DNA of 33,805 nt from Octopus bimaculoides (taxonomy: Eukaryota), in contig NC_068997.1 of assembly GCF_001194135.2 (NCBI RefSeq), positions 9,197,300-9,231,104 of the forward strand, written 5' to 3'. Every line of letters begins with the position of its first letter. The stretch's first letter is position 1. Positions 1 through 11,147 of this stretch are shown here, in pieces. The notes beneath the pieces are model-generated. The model had not been told where the DNA came from and made no database searches. It saw only the letters and a list, made by a program, of their open reading frames with translations. Position numbers and translations under genes: made by a program.

Positions 1-166
1 CAAGGCAGTTGTTGACCTGGGGTTATAGTAGAAGACACTTGTTCAAGGTGTCATGTGGTGGGATTGAACTTGAAACCAATTCTTTGCAAAACAAGCTTCT
101 TAACCACACAACCAAAATATGAGCCATGTGGTTGGGAAGCAAGCTTCTTACCACACAGCCACACCA
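1..166 (-). mobile_element. tRNA-derived (CORE-like) SINE head fragment with duplicated end
   Basis: The motif tagtagaagacacttg..caaggtg...gggattgaac...gccatgtggttgggaagcaagcttcttaccacacagcc recurs at 18352-18480, 19315-19460 and 23700-23940. Its reverse complement carries A/B-box-like motifs. The aagcttctta(a)ccacaca end is present twice. Confidence 0.7.
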
Positions 167-245
167 GTAATGAATTTTTTTTTTTACATATTTCAGATTT
201 TTAAAATATTTTGCACAATAAAACATAAAGTAAATGAAAAATATC

Positions 246-280
246 TTTATTTGCTAAATTAAATGATTGATACATTTATT
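246..280 (-). promoter_or_regulatory. Candidate polyadenylation signals of the LU gene
   Basis: AATAAA occurs on the minus strand at 280-275 and 251-246, about 310-345 nt downstream of the stop. The context is AT-rich, so chance occurrence is possible. Confidence 0.3.
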
Positions 281-590
281 TAATTTATGAAATATAAAAA
301 AAAAAAAAAATTATTATTTCCATGTATCTGAGAAAACTGATGGTCTTCAGTGTGATGTTACATAATATAAAGAATTCGGTAACAACAAATAGCTTGTTAT
401 GTCATAAATATTACTCTTGTAGGAAGAAAGAAAAAGATAAGGAAGAAAAACATTGAAAAAAAAAACAATAAAAAAAACGAAATTGCAATTGAAATATGAA
501 ATATGATCGATAAATTTGGTTATTTTGTGTTTAAAAAACATTTTCTGCAAATATTATTGTAACACAGAAATGGATTTCTTAAGGCATCTA

Positions 591-1990
591 CTAGAACAAT
601 ATTAGAGCTGATAACTTTAGCAAGCAGACAAAGAGAAGTTCTGGTTTGCTTGTTAATATTTCCATCCCATTATTCATGGTAGATTTATTTGCAGTAACAT
701 TAGTTTTGTGTTTTGCTGTGACATTTTTTCTTCTTTTCAATTCATTTTCTTTATATGTTTCCTTTTTGTCAATATCTGTTTTACGTTCAAAAGCCATTTT
801 TTTCTCATTGTTCTTTAATTTTTTCTTGCCATTTATGATGTCATTTGAATCAGAAGATAAGAAGACAGCATCAGCCAAGGGCAGTTCCTGCTGTTTGGTT
901 GCTACTGTAGAAGCAAGAGTTAATGTATTCACTGCGGAACTGTTGTTCAAAATATCTGTGATGAAGTTGTTCTGCAAGGTTTGATTATGTGACAACAGTG
1001 ATTTCAACACTTCTGCTAGTGATGAAGTATTGTTTAAGGCAATTTCTTCCAATACAACTGTACCATTTTGTTGGCTCCTTTGAGAAATCTCAAATTCTAT
1101 CCATTTTTGAAGAGCCAAGTTGTCCTGTGAATTGTTTAGTTGTGAACCGTCACTTCTTGTTACCAAATTCATGTCAGAAAAATTGCTTTCTGCTAGAATT
1201 TCATTCTGCACAGCTGTTTTATCATCGTCGTCGTCATCATCATCCTCATCCTCATCCTCCTCATCATCGTCATCATTAAATTTTGAATGTAAGGAAACAT
1301 TATCAGTTGAAGTCTCATGAAAAGCTTCATTTGCTTCTTTAGAAATATTTTCATTGAAATCGTTGGCCAGATTTGCAAATGTCGACAATTTTTTCAGTGT
1401 AAACTCTTCTGTAATACTAAGAGACTGATTTTGTGCAATTTGTTCAAATGCTGTCTGAGGATATTTTGTAGAATTATTTGCCATGTAAAGTTCAACATCT
1501 TTTAAATAGGGCTGTGGTTTCATAAAGACATTTCCAAAGCTAGATAAAGAATTGTTTTCAAACGGCTTCTTTCTAAATTTGTCTATTATATTTACACTTG
1601 TATTCTTCATTGGCATTGCACTGATTGATAGATTTCTCTTTGGGTTGGCATCATCAATTTCTTCTTCAAAGTGAAAATCTATTAACTTGATAGAATTATG
1701 CTTCTTTTTCAATTGCCTGCTTGATTGAAGAAAAGTGTTATTTCTCATAAGAAATCTTTTACGGTTTGGATCAAAGTTTCCAGAAGAGTTTCTTTGGCTG
1801 GAACTGTTTTCAGTGTGTGCAGCTGAAGAATAATCTATTATGATCAAAGAACTGGGGTCAGGGTTACCATTATTGCAAAAATCAGTGGAACAAGATTGAT
1901 AACAGGTCAAAAGTTTAGAGTCACGGAAACATTTGTTGCCCCTATTGATGTTATCACAAAGTCTGGCAAAAGATTTCACATTTCCTGTGT
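591..1990 (-). CDS. Coding exon 3 (terminal): C-terminal half of LU domain, long low-complexity stalk and GPI-like tail
   Basis: The (CT)n-CAG acceptor has its AG at 1992-1991. G from exon 2 + AC gives Asp, then TGNVKSFARLCDNINRGNKCFRDSKLLTCYQSCSTDFCN (cysteines 6-10, CN motif). The frame stays open for 1400 nt to TAG at 593-591 despite the AT-rich context. The C-terminus is ...MNNGMEILTSKPELLFVCLLKLSALILF. The GTG 'start' at 1979 in the ORF track is internal Val70. Confidence 0.93.
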
Positions 1991-2356
1991 CTGAAGAGAG
2001 AGAAAGAGAGAGGGAGAGGAAAAGAGAATGAAAGAGAGAGAGGTTAAAAGAAGAAGAAATTTATAACAACAAAAACAACAATAGTATTAACAATAACAAT
2101 AAAACATTAAACTGATAACAAATATGATGTCAAGGATAGGTACATTAATGATAATTATGTTGAAAGAAAAATTAATCTAATTTATGTATGGGAAAAATCA
2201 AGGTTTCACTGTTTTTAAGAAAACATTATTAAAAGCTGAGGGAAAATAAAACTTATTCTAGCAAGAATATAATGAGAATGACAAAATGACAAAAGACTTG
2301 CTTTTGTATTGTGTTTATTTATTTATTACTCCATTACTCATTTTTCTTACATATCT

Positions 2357-2710
2357 AGGATAAGAACGGACTGGGCAGAGTTCAGAGAGCTTCTACCTTT
2401 GTTGGTAACTAAGGGGCTCTCTCTCAGAGTGAAAGGCATGTTGTATGATGCCTGTGTATGTACAGCTATGCTACATGGCAGTGAGACATGGGTTTTGACT
2501 AAAGAGAACATGCAAAGGCTTGAAAGAAATGAAGCCAGCATTCCCCACTGGATGGGTAATGTCAGTGTTCATGTACAACAGAGTGTAAATGGTTTAAGAG
2601 AAAAACTGGGTATAAGAGGCATCAAAGGCTGTGTGCAAGAGGGAAAGACTGTGCTGGTTTGGTCATGTGATGCATATGGATGAGGACAGCTGCATAAAGA
2701 AGTGTCATCA
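2357..2710 (+). mobile_element. RTE-clade LINE reverse transcriptase C-terminal remnant
   Basis: Translates as RIRTDWAEFRELLPLL...KGMLYDACVCTAMLHGSETW...RLERNE...LREKLGIRGI, then after a frameshift RLCWFGHVMHMDEDSCIKKC. This matches RTE motifs (YGSETW; RLRWxGHVxRM). Confidence 0.85.
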
Positions 2711-3794
2711 CTCCCTAAAGCTTAACAAACCCTTTGACATGCCCAGTACCACCCTGGGGTGGTACTGCTCACATTTAGAACTTCTAGTCTAGATTGTTCC
2801 AGCAACTTCCAATTGATTTTGCACGGTGTCCCTTCCTTTTTTAACCACCACATATGATTGGCTAATGTCATATAATGTTGTGCCTCCCTTGGATTTTAAA
2901 AGAGGACCTGTGGTCATTAAACCTGGCTTTAAAGAGTCTCTCCTTCACTCATTGCTCCAATATATTTCTGTATATATGTGTCTCTCTATTGCTATCATTG
3001 TTACTGTTGTTGGTGCAAATTTTATGCATAACCAGTATTTAGAACCAGTGTTTAGAACTCAGTGTGCATCCTTATACATTGAAAGAGAAAGTTGTGAAGA
3101 GAACTTGAATATTATAATCAAAGTTTTCTTCCACTGGTCTCCATAGTGACAAAGATTACAGAGTACACAGAGAAAAAACAAAACTGGAAAGCTGGTTCTG
3201 AAATTATTTGATTACATCATGTTAGACGTGTGTCAGTATATAGTTTAAATATATGAATTATATATGAGTATATATATATATATATATATATATAAGACTG
3301 TAATATACAGGTATATATAGGCATGTGTTTATATGTTTATATGTATATAAACATGTGTGTGTCTGTATGTACATAGACAAGTAGGTGTGTGTGTGTATGT
3401 GTGTGCATGGGTGCATTTGTATATGTGTCTGTGTGTCAGTGTGCCCGTGTGTATCTATAGACATATGCATGTGTATGATGATATCCATTACCTGAGGTGG
3501 TGTAAGATACAGCATAAAAACAAACAAAAAAATTGAGAAAATATCTAAGATTACCAAATAAGCACAGACATTGAGAAAAGAAGTTATATAATTTTACAAA
3601 ATATTCTGTGTATGTTTGTAAGCACACATTGACAAAACAATATGATTCACAGTTTTTTTGTTTACATGAAATTAATGCTGTTTATGTTGATACATAACTT
3701 TGCTTTTATTCCTTTGGAGGTTATTTTTTAAAGTAGAGACACGTTCACCATAACGCATGTTCAAACTGCAGCAGTTGCAGAATTCTCTCTCACT

Positions 3795-3813
3795 TCCACT
3801 TTCTTTCTTTCTT

Positions 3814-3864
<51 letters not shown>

Positions 3865-4260
3865 CATTCCCTCTCTCTCTTTCACTCTCTTTTACTCTCT
3901 CTTTATCAACTCAACTGCATCTGCCTATGTCCATGTGTGTGTGTTTACACACACACACTCACACACACACTCACACACTCACACACACACTCACACACAC
4001 ACTCACAAACACCCCCCCACATATATATACATACATATACACATGTATACACACACACACACGCACACACTCACACACATATATATATACACACATATAT
4101 ATACATATGCGTGAAACTAATTGGTAAGATCAGCCCTGATGGATATATCATACTATATATTTCAGATAATATATACATATATACATTATATATATATATA
4201 TATATCTGTATTCATATATATAGGTATTAAAATATACATATATATGTATGTGTATAAAGA
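3795..4260. repeat. Compound microsatellite (CTTT/CT, CA, TA)
   Basis: Direct reading of the sequence. Confidence 0.9.
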
Positions 4261-4930
4261 ATTAATTCTGATGATGGCATAAGTTTCTATGCAGATCTTC
4301 ATTAGAGAACAAAAATTCAATATGTGATAGAAAGACAACAAGTTTAAGGTGGCCCCATTAAGAAATCAATGTATAAATACAACATGAATTGCACGTGATT
4401 TAGCAATAAACAGGGAGGAATTATTCTTGGATATAATTAAAGGTAAAAATTGGAAAATGAAATAAAAAACATTGGAAAATAAAATAAGGTTGGAGTTAAG
4501 TGAATGGTTTTTCAGATAAAATCATGGCGAAGGGAGATAAGTCATTATAAGTTTACACAAAGACAAATTAATAGTGAAAGGTAATTGTAAATGAATGAGA
4601 GATATCTTAGAGTGAGATAATTATGATGGGAAAGCTTAAAATTATGAAGGTTATTAAAATGGATAATTAAATAATTAATTAACGCTAATGGGATAAAGCA
4701 GAATATTTAATCAGGGCAATACATATTAGACATTATCAGAATAGTGTAAATTTGGAGGAGAAGAGGTTAAATTTATGATAGAGATTTACTTTTAAATATT
4801 TGGAATTAAATGTTAGATTTTCAGTCTTGTAGTTCTAGATATTCCTGATATAATTGTAAGTGGAAACAGCAAAGATGAATATGTTGAACTTAATTGGGTT
4901 ACTTAAGTAGAGTTATAGAGACATATTATC

Positions 4931-4932
<2 letters not shown>

Positions 4933-4972
<40 letters not shown>
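4933..4972. repeat. (TG)n microsatellite
   Basis: Direct reading of the sequence. Confidence 0.95.
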
Positions 4973-4975
<3 letters not shown>

Positions 4976-5604
4976 ATGATACCTTAATTAGATTCTGCAC
5001 TAGAGGCTTAAAAATTCAAATATTAAGTGCATACATATTTGTATATAAGAGTATAAGAGTGATTGGATATTAAGTTAACTTGGTTGTAGGTTAAGTATTC
5101 TACTTGTGAATTGAGGTTTCAGTTTCATACAAGAAAATTCAAATTATAATCCTTTAAACACATTCCTAATTATGTATTATTCTAATTTGTCAAAAGAAAC
5201 TTTTTGAAGTGTTTGCATTTATTAGAAATCTCAGATCTAACATTTAAGTTATAATCAAGTATAATTTTTTTTTTTACGTTAACATATTTCTCAGACTTTT
5301 GTCATATTAACATGTAGCTTGCATCTTTCAAGAAATTTGCATTGAATATTGATTACAATCCTGCATTCTTTAAATATCTAAGTATAGTTGATTAATTTGG
5401 TAACATTCTTCTTTTCTGGGAGCAAATATGGTTCAAAAGCAATATTAAAAAGGACAGTAGAGAGGAGATGAGAGATGATTAGAGGTGTAGGAGGGAGAGG
5501 AATGTCAGAAGATAGAGCTGGTTGAGAAAATTCACAATTTTCTGGGTGAAGAGCATCATGTAATGGTAAGGACAATAAACTGTTTGGAGTTGGTGTGGCA
5601 ACTA

Positions 5605-5988
5605 AACACAGAATTATTCACAATGATCTGAACATGAGCAAAACTTGTGCAAAGTTTGTTTCCAGGGTACTCAGTGATAAAAATCCTGGTAAAAAAAACT
5701 GTTCTTCACCTTCCCTACAATCTAGACTTTGTTCCCTGTAACTTTAGTTCGTTCCCCAAGCTGAAGGAGAACCTCAGTGGTAGTCGTTTTGAAGACACAG
5801 GAGCCTGTGACAAGGGTCCTGGACAGCTTCACTTTGAAGGACTTCCCATGGGCCCTCATGAAGTGGCTAGAGTGCTACAACAAGTGCATTCAAGTCAGAA
5901 GATCCTACATCAAAGAAAATTAGAGCTTTGTATTTCTTTGAAATTAATTAATTTCTCTTGAAATGGTTCGAAAACTTCTGAAATGCAC

Positions 5989-5990
<2 letters not shown>
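5605..5990 (+). mobile_element. Decayed, internally deleted mariner (Tc1/mariner) transposase remnant
   Basis: Fragments read HRIIHNDLNMSKTCAKFVSRVL (cf. WVPHxL), VLHLPYNLDFVPCNFSSFPKLKENLSGSRFED (cf. HPPYSPDLAPxDFxLFPKLK) and KWLECYNKCIQ (cf. RWxxC). Frameshifts are present. Confidence 0.75.
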
Positions 5991-6041
<51 letters not shown>

Positions 6042-6500
6042 ATGTCATTATTCAGTTTTATTTCAAGATTTCTTGCCAACAGAGAAAGAACCGGTTTCTA
6101 ACTTAGATCCAAGTCTCCTTCACTGGAATTTCAACATCAACAGGGTATTTTTGTATGTATGTATGTATATGTGCAGATTTGTCTGTTATGTTTTATGTAT
6201 GTGTTCTCATGCATATAGTTGCATGTCTAGACATTTTCATACATACTTAAATGATAAACTTCTGGAAAGTTTTGCAGATTTTTACGGTTCCAGTAATGGA
6301 TTGGAACTATAGTCTTCGAATAAGCTTCCTCCTTTTTGGTTTTGAGAAGCCTAATTTCTCAAGACTGGTATTTGTCTAGTGTGTTACACATCCCAGTGTC
6401 CTAATAATTACAGGTATAAACCTGAAATTGTAATCTGGATAGAGTAGCTGTAGATTCCTCAATAGTTCAGTGTGGGTATTTTCTTTTTAGCTGATCTTTA
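6042..6500 (-). mobile_element. 3' end of R4/Dong-like (restriction-like endonuclease) non-LTR retrotransposon, with 3' UTR abutting (CA)n
   Basis: Minus frame reads ELLRNLQLLYPDYNFRFIPVIIRTLGCVTH*TNTSLEKLGF...LIRRL*FQSITGTVKICKTFQKFII*, which resembles the RLE C-terminus (xPxxIGALG...LxxLG...GTxKI). The 3' UTR ends aaatcttgaaataaaactgaataatga and is followed by (CA)n. The same UTR occurs at ~22310-22455. Confidence 0.7.
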
Positions 6501-6598
6501 GTATATATGTGTATGCAGAAACATATACACATACTCACATACACACAAATATTTACACACACATATGTACCTATAAGGCTTTATATGTATATATATAT

Positions 6599-6637
<39 letters not shown>

Positions 6638-6907
6638 CACATATACACATACAAACCCATAGAAAGTCACTAAGTATTCTAACTGTCAAGAATTTAAATT
6701 TATATCTTCAAAACAATGAAAATAAATTTCGCTTCTAAGACAGTTAAAACTTCTGTGAAATTTTATTAAAAATATATGTTTGAAGGAGTTTTGGGGTTAT
6801 TCACTGCAATAGTAATATAGAAATGAAAATAATGCAAACTTAAAAGTTTAAAGCAAACAAGGGGGTCATAGATAAAGATCTCTCCTAAAGAATTGTTATT
6901 TGAAATA

Positions 6908-7145
6908 NNNNNNNNNNNNNNNNNNNNNNNNNNNNNNNNNNNNNNNNNNNNNNNNNNNNNNNNNNNNNNNNNNNNNNNNNNNNNNNNNNNNNNNNNNNNN
7001 NNNNNNNNNNNNNNNNNNNNNNNNNNNNNNNNNNNNNNNNNNNNNNNNNNNNNNNNNNNNNNNNNNNNNNNNNNNNNNNNNNNNNNNNNNNNNNNNNNNN
7101 NNNNNNNNNNNNNNNNNNNNNNNNNNNNNNNNNNNNNNNNNNNNN
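6908..7145. other. Assembly gap (N); further gaps at 9975-10971, 13370-13793, 20402-20916, 21756-22227, 28643-28652, 29670-30285
   Basis: N runs, each bordered on at least one side by (TA)n, (GA)n or (CAT)n repeats. Confidence 0.99.
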
Positions 7146-7201
<56 letters not shown>

Positions 7202-7641
7202 TATATATATTACATGTATGCATACATATATCTATGGGTATAAATAGACAGACAAGCAGACAGACAGGCAAACAGACAGACAGACAGATAGATGAATGTA
7301 TATGAATGTATGTAAGTGTATGTTATTGCTTAAGATTCCGTTCCTTTCTCAAACAAACAAACAAACAAAACAAATAACATCAACAACAACATCAACAACA
7401 ATATAATATTTTTCCCCTTGTCACCATTGACACACTCTGCTTTATGATAGGAGCTTTGAAAGATCTATAATAAAAGTTTATAAACGCTTGGTGTGGAAAG
7501 TGTTTGTTTCTTTTCAGCGAGGGAGTTCTCAAGGGAACAGTTTTCTTGTAAATATAGATATTTATAATTTTTTATTTTACAAACATTAATGATTTATTCA
7601 TGTATAATTTTATTGTTTCTCAGGTCTTTTCATTGTTTATT

Positions 7642-7840
7642 TTATTTGTTTCAGTCATTGGAGTGGGGGGGGCCATGCTGGAGCACTGCTCTGAAGGATT
7701 TTTGTTGAAAAAAAAAATCCACCCCAGAACTTATTTGTTTTTTTTTTTGTTTTTTTTAAAGTCTGGTACTTATTCTATTGATGTATTTTGCTGGACTGTG
7801 AAGTTATGAGGACGTAAACAGACCAACACCGGTTGTCAAG
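7642..7840 (-). mobile_element. SINE 3' portion (same family as 1-166)
   Basis: The motif tttgtttcagtcatt...ggccatgctggagcac...ggtacttattctat...gacgtaaaca is shared with copies at 9381-9470 (+), 28005-28105 (+) and 31476-31580 (-). Confidence 0.65.
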
Positions 7841-7957
7841 GCCTGATAAGTCAGGACTGACCTGGAGTTAAACAACAAGTGTAGCAGCAAAACCCTCCAC
7901 CACAACAACAATGATAAAATAACATTAACTACAACAACCAGAATCAACGAGACTTAA

Positions 7958-8177
7958 CCCTTTAGCGTTCAAATTAATATATCAAAAGTAATCCTTATTC
8001 ATTTACATTTTTAAAAATTAATCCGGTATTATCTTGTAGCTTCAAGATTTGAAAGATGTAATTGTTTATTTTTAGAATGACATTGTAGGGTAGGTGTGAG
8101 ATGCTGGTTCTGGCCAGTTTGAGCATAAAATGAGTAGAACATTTGGACCGGATGTAGCCGGTTTAAACACTGAAGGG
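7958..8177. mobile_element. piggyBac-type MITE (TTAA TSD)
   Basis: TTAA at 7954-7957 and 8178-8181. TIRs CCCTTTAGCGTTCAAA / CCCTTCAGTGTTTAAA match at 13 of 16 positions. No ORF. Confidence 0.75.
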
Positions 8178-8280
8178 TTAATGCTCATTATACACTTACA
8201 ATTTACCAAACAACAACAACAACAACAACACCCTTACAATTTTCTTGATTTACTCGTTATCTGAAGTAAAAGATTGTTAC

Positions 8281-8427
8281 CTGAATCAATAACTTTGGCA
8301 GCAAGACAGAATTGGGAAGCGCAATTAGTGGGTTTTCTCAATCCTGTTTGACCAAAGAATGGATGAAATTCACAATGACGATCAGTGCCAACTCCACTGC
8401 ACAAGTGGCATTGAAGTGCACCAATTC
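8281..8427 (-). CDS. Coding exon 2: N-terminal half of LU (Ly6/uPAR, three-finger) domain
   Basis: The acceptor is poly-T+GCAG (AG at 8429-8428) and the donor is TCAG|GTAAC (GT at 8280-8279). The exon is 147 nt, phase 1 to phase 1, and open: (G)IGALQCHLCSGVGTDRHCEFHPFFGQTGLRKPTNCASQFCLAAKVIDS(D). It contains LU cysteines 1-5, including the LxCxxC start. Confidence 0.93.
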
Positions 8428-8622
8428 CTGCAAAAAAAAAAAAAAGAAAGAAATGAAGAATTAACTGAAAATACCATGTATATTGAATAATACATTTAAG
8501 ACAGTCATAGTGTTAATTGGTAAGATTAGTGAATGCTATATTATAAAAGGACATTTGATTGCAGAATCTTAATTGCTTAGTGAGTTTTTTTCAATGATTG
8601 TTGTTGTAAATTGTTAATGTAT

Positions 8623-8770
8623 GTAGTCAAGTGGTTACGGTATTAGGATCATGATAATAAAATTGTGGGTTCAATTCTTGGGCTGGTTAGATTGTAAATG
8701 GAGCATTACTTAAGAAAGGCACTTAATTCCATCTTGCTTCAGTCTACTCAGCTGTAATGAGTACTAGTCA
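8623..8770 (+). mobile_element. tRNA-derived SINE (degenerate)
   Basis: A-box-like tagtcaagtgg and B-box-like ggttcaattct (8668-8678), followed by aaggcacttaatt...cttgcttcagtctactcagctg...aatgagta. Confidence 0.55.
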
Positions 8771-8805
8771 AATGAACAGTAGTCAAGTGCTGGTGCTACC
8801 CTCTA

Positions 8806-8863
8806 TCACATCCTGTGTCACATCCTGTGTCACATCCTGTGTCACATCCTGTGTCACATCCTG
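8806..8863. repeat. 12-bp tandem repeat (TCACATCCTGTG) x ~4.8
   Basis: Four perfect units plus 10 nt of a fifth. Confidence 0.95.
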
Positions 8864-9137
8864 GATGCCTCTTCTGGGTCAAGAATAGGTGGTCTGAAGG
8901 AGTGTCTGCACGTGCTCATGGCTACATAGGCATTTGTAGCAGCTCTGTGATATTGGCTGACATGCAAATATACATTTCTCTATTTCAAAGTTGGCTCAGT
9001 CGACTTTGTGTGGTTACACCTTTTGTGTTACACCTTTTCCCAGAAACCTTTCTTTGTGAGTCTGTTCTTGCCATCTCATCCAATCGATGCTTTGGTCACA
9101 TCTATTCATAAACATTAAGATCTTTTTGATAGAAAAA

Positions 9138-9335
9138 CTATGTGACTTGCCATGTTTCACATATGGACAGCAGAACAGTTTTCAGCTTCATGTTAAAGAT
9201 CCTTAATTCTGTGTTTGTTGACATGGTCTGTAATCTCCTGAACGCCGTTGTAACCTTCTCAATCCTTGTCTTTATGTCCTGATCTGCTCTGCCCTTCTTA
9301 TTGATAAAACCTCCCAGGTATGTGAAATAGCAAAT
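9138..9335 (-). mobile_element. RTE-clade LINE RT remnant
   Basis: Translates as YFTYLGGFINKKGRADQDIKTRIEKVTTAFRRLQTMSTNTELRIFNMKLKTVLLSICETW (cf. FTYLGS...DIxxRIxKA...KLRIF...LLYGxETW). Confidence 0.8.
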
Positions 9336-9380
9336 CAAATTTGTTTGTGAGGGATGGTTGTGGTGATGGTCTTGTACACA

Positions 9381-9470
9381 GCAAAAAATAAGTACTGCAG
9401 TTGATTTGTTCAATGGTGCTCCAGAATGACCAAAGTCTAATGACTGAAACAAGTCAAAGACAAAAGCTAA
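9381..9470 (+). mobile_element. SINE 3' end
   Basis: The sequence ggtgctccagaatgacc...aatgactgaaacaagt is the reverse complement of the 7642-type copies. Confidence 0.6.
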
Positions 9471-10971
9471 AAGATAAGTACATATATATGCATGTACGTG
9501 TGTGTGTGTTCACATCTATGTATGTATATATGTGGGTATACATAGGTCACTTTGGTCATTAACCTACCATTTACTTTGTCTTATCCTTTCATTTATCCCC
9601 CCACCTATATATATATATATATATACATATATATATGCATATATATATATATATATAGATACACACACACACACACATATATATGCATCTACATATATAT
9701 ATGCATATATATATTTATATTTATATATTTGATCCTTTATATTGAACACTCAATATTTCATCTACATCAATACTTTATTTCATGGTGCCATCCATTTTTA
9801 TTTTATTTTATTTTATATTATATATTGTATATTATATTATATATTGTATATTCCATATTCTATACCCCACATTGGTTCTGCAGGAATATAAATAAAACAT
9901 AAAAAACAGACAGTGTTGGAACTCTTTTAAACAAAATAATATATGTATATATATCATCATCATCATCATCATCGNNNNNNNNNNNNNNNNNNNNNNNNNN
10001 NNNNNNNNNNNNNNNNNNNNNNNNNNNNNNNNNNNNNNNNNNNNNNNNNNNNNNNNNNNNNNNNNNNNNNNNNNNNNNNNNNNNNNNNNNNNNNNNNNNN
10101 NNNNNNNNNNNNNNNNNNNNNNNNNNNNNNNNNNNNNNNNNNNNNNNNNNNNNNNNNNNNNNNNNNNNNNNNNNNNNNNNNNNNNNNNNNNNNNNNNNNN
10201 NNNNNNNNNNNNNNNNNNNNNNNNNNNNNNNNNNNNNNNNNNNNNNNNNNNNNNNNNNNNNNNNNNNNNNNNNNNNNNNNNNNNNNNNNNNNNNNNNNNN
10301 NNNNNNNNNNNNNNNNNNNNNNNNNNNNNNNNNNNNNNNNNNNNNNNNNNNNNNNNNNNNNNNNNNNNNNNNNNNNNNNNNNNNNNNNNNNNNNNNNNNN
10401 NNNNNNNNNNNNNNNNNNNNNNNNNNNNNNNNNNNNNNNNNNNNNNNNNNNNNNNNNNNNNNNNNNNNNNNNNNNNNNNNNNNNNNNNNNNNNNNNNNNN
10501 NNNNNNNNNNNNNNNNNNNNNNNNNNNNNNNNNNNNNNNNNNNNNNNNNNNNNNNNNNNNNNNNNNNNNNNNNNNNNNNNNNNNNNNNNNNNNNNNNNNN
10601 NNNNNNNNNNNNNNNNNNNNNNNNNNNNNNNNNNNNNNNNNNNNNNNNNNNNNNNNNNNNNNNNNNNNNNNNNNNNNNNNNNNNNNNNNNNNNNNNNNNN
10701 NNNNNNNNNNNNNNNNNNNNNNNNNNNNNNNNNNNNNNNNNNNNNNNNNNNNNNNNNNNNNNNNNNNNNNNNNNNNNNNNNNNNNNNNNNNNNNNNNNNN
10801 NNNNNNNNNNNNNNNNNNNNNNNNNNNNNNNNNNNNNNNNNNNNNNNNNNNNNNNNNNNNNNNNNNNNNNNNNNNNNNNNNNNNNNNNNNNNNNNNNNNN
10901 NNNNNNNNNNNNNNNNNNNNNNNNNNNNNNNNNNNNNNNNNNNNNNNNNNNNNNNNNNNNNNNNNNNNNNN

Positions 10972-11008
<37 letters not shown>

Positions 11009-11147
11009 TATATATATGTGTATGTATGTATGTGCGTATGTTTTACCTAAGGTAATAAATCCCAAAATCCACATCAGGAGATTTGTCTGTTCTTTGAATA
11101 TTCTCTGGTTTTATTGTTGTTTTTATGTCCATTTTTGTTTTTCTTCT

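Noticed and set aside
646-1505. Plus-strand ORFs (646-984, 989-1279, 1120-1320, 1317-1505)
   Set aside because: They are antisense shadows of the real terminal exon, with no independent coding signal.
2826-3146. 106-aa plus-strand ORF with a hydrophobic stretch
   Set aside because: It starts at GTG, has no homology motif, and is antisense within intron 2. Its length is near random expectation.
8623-8690. A/B-box motifs as a tRNA gene
   Set aside because: No cloverleaf can be formed, and the sequence continues into a SINE body.
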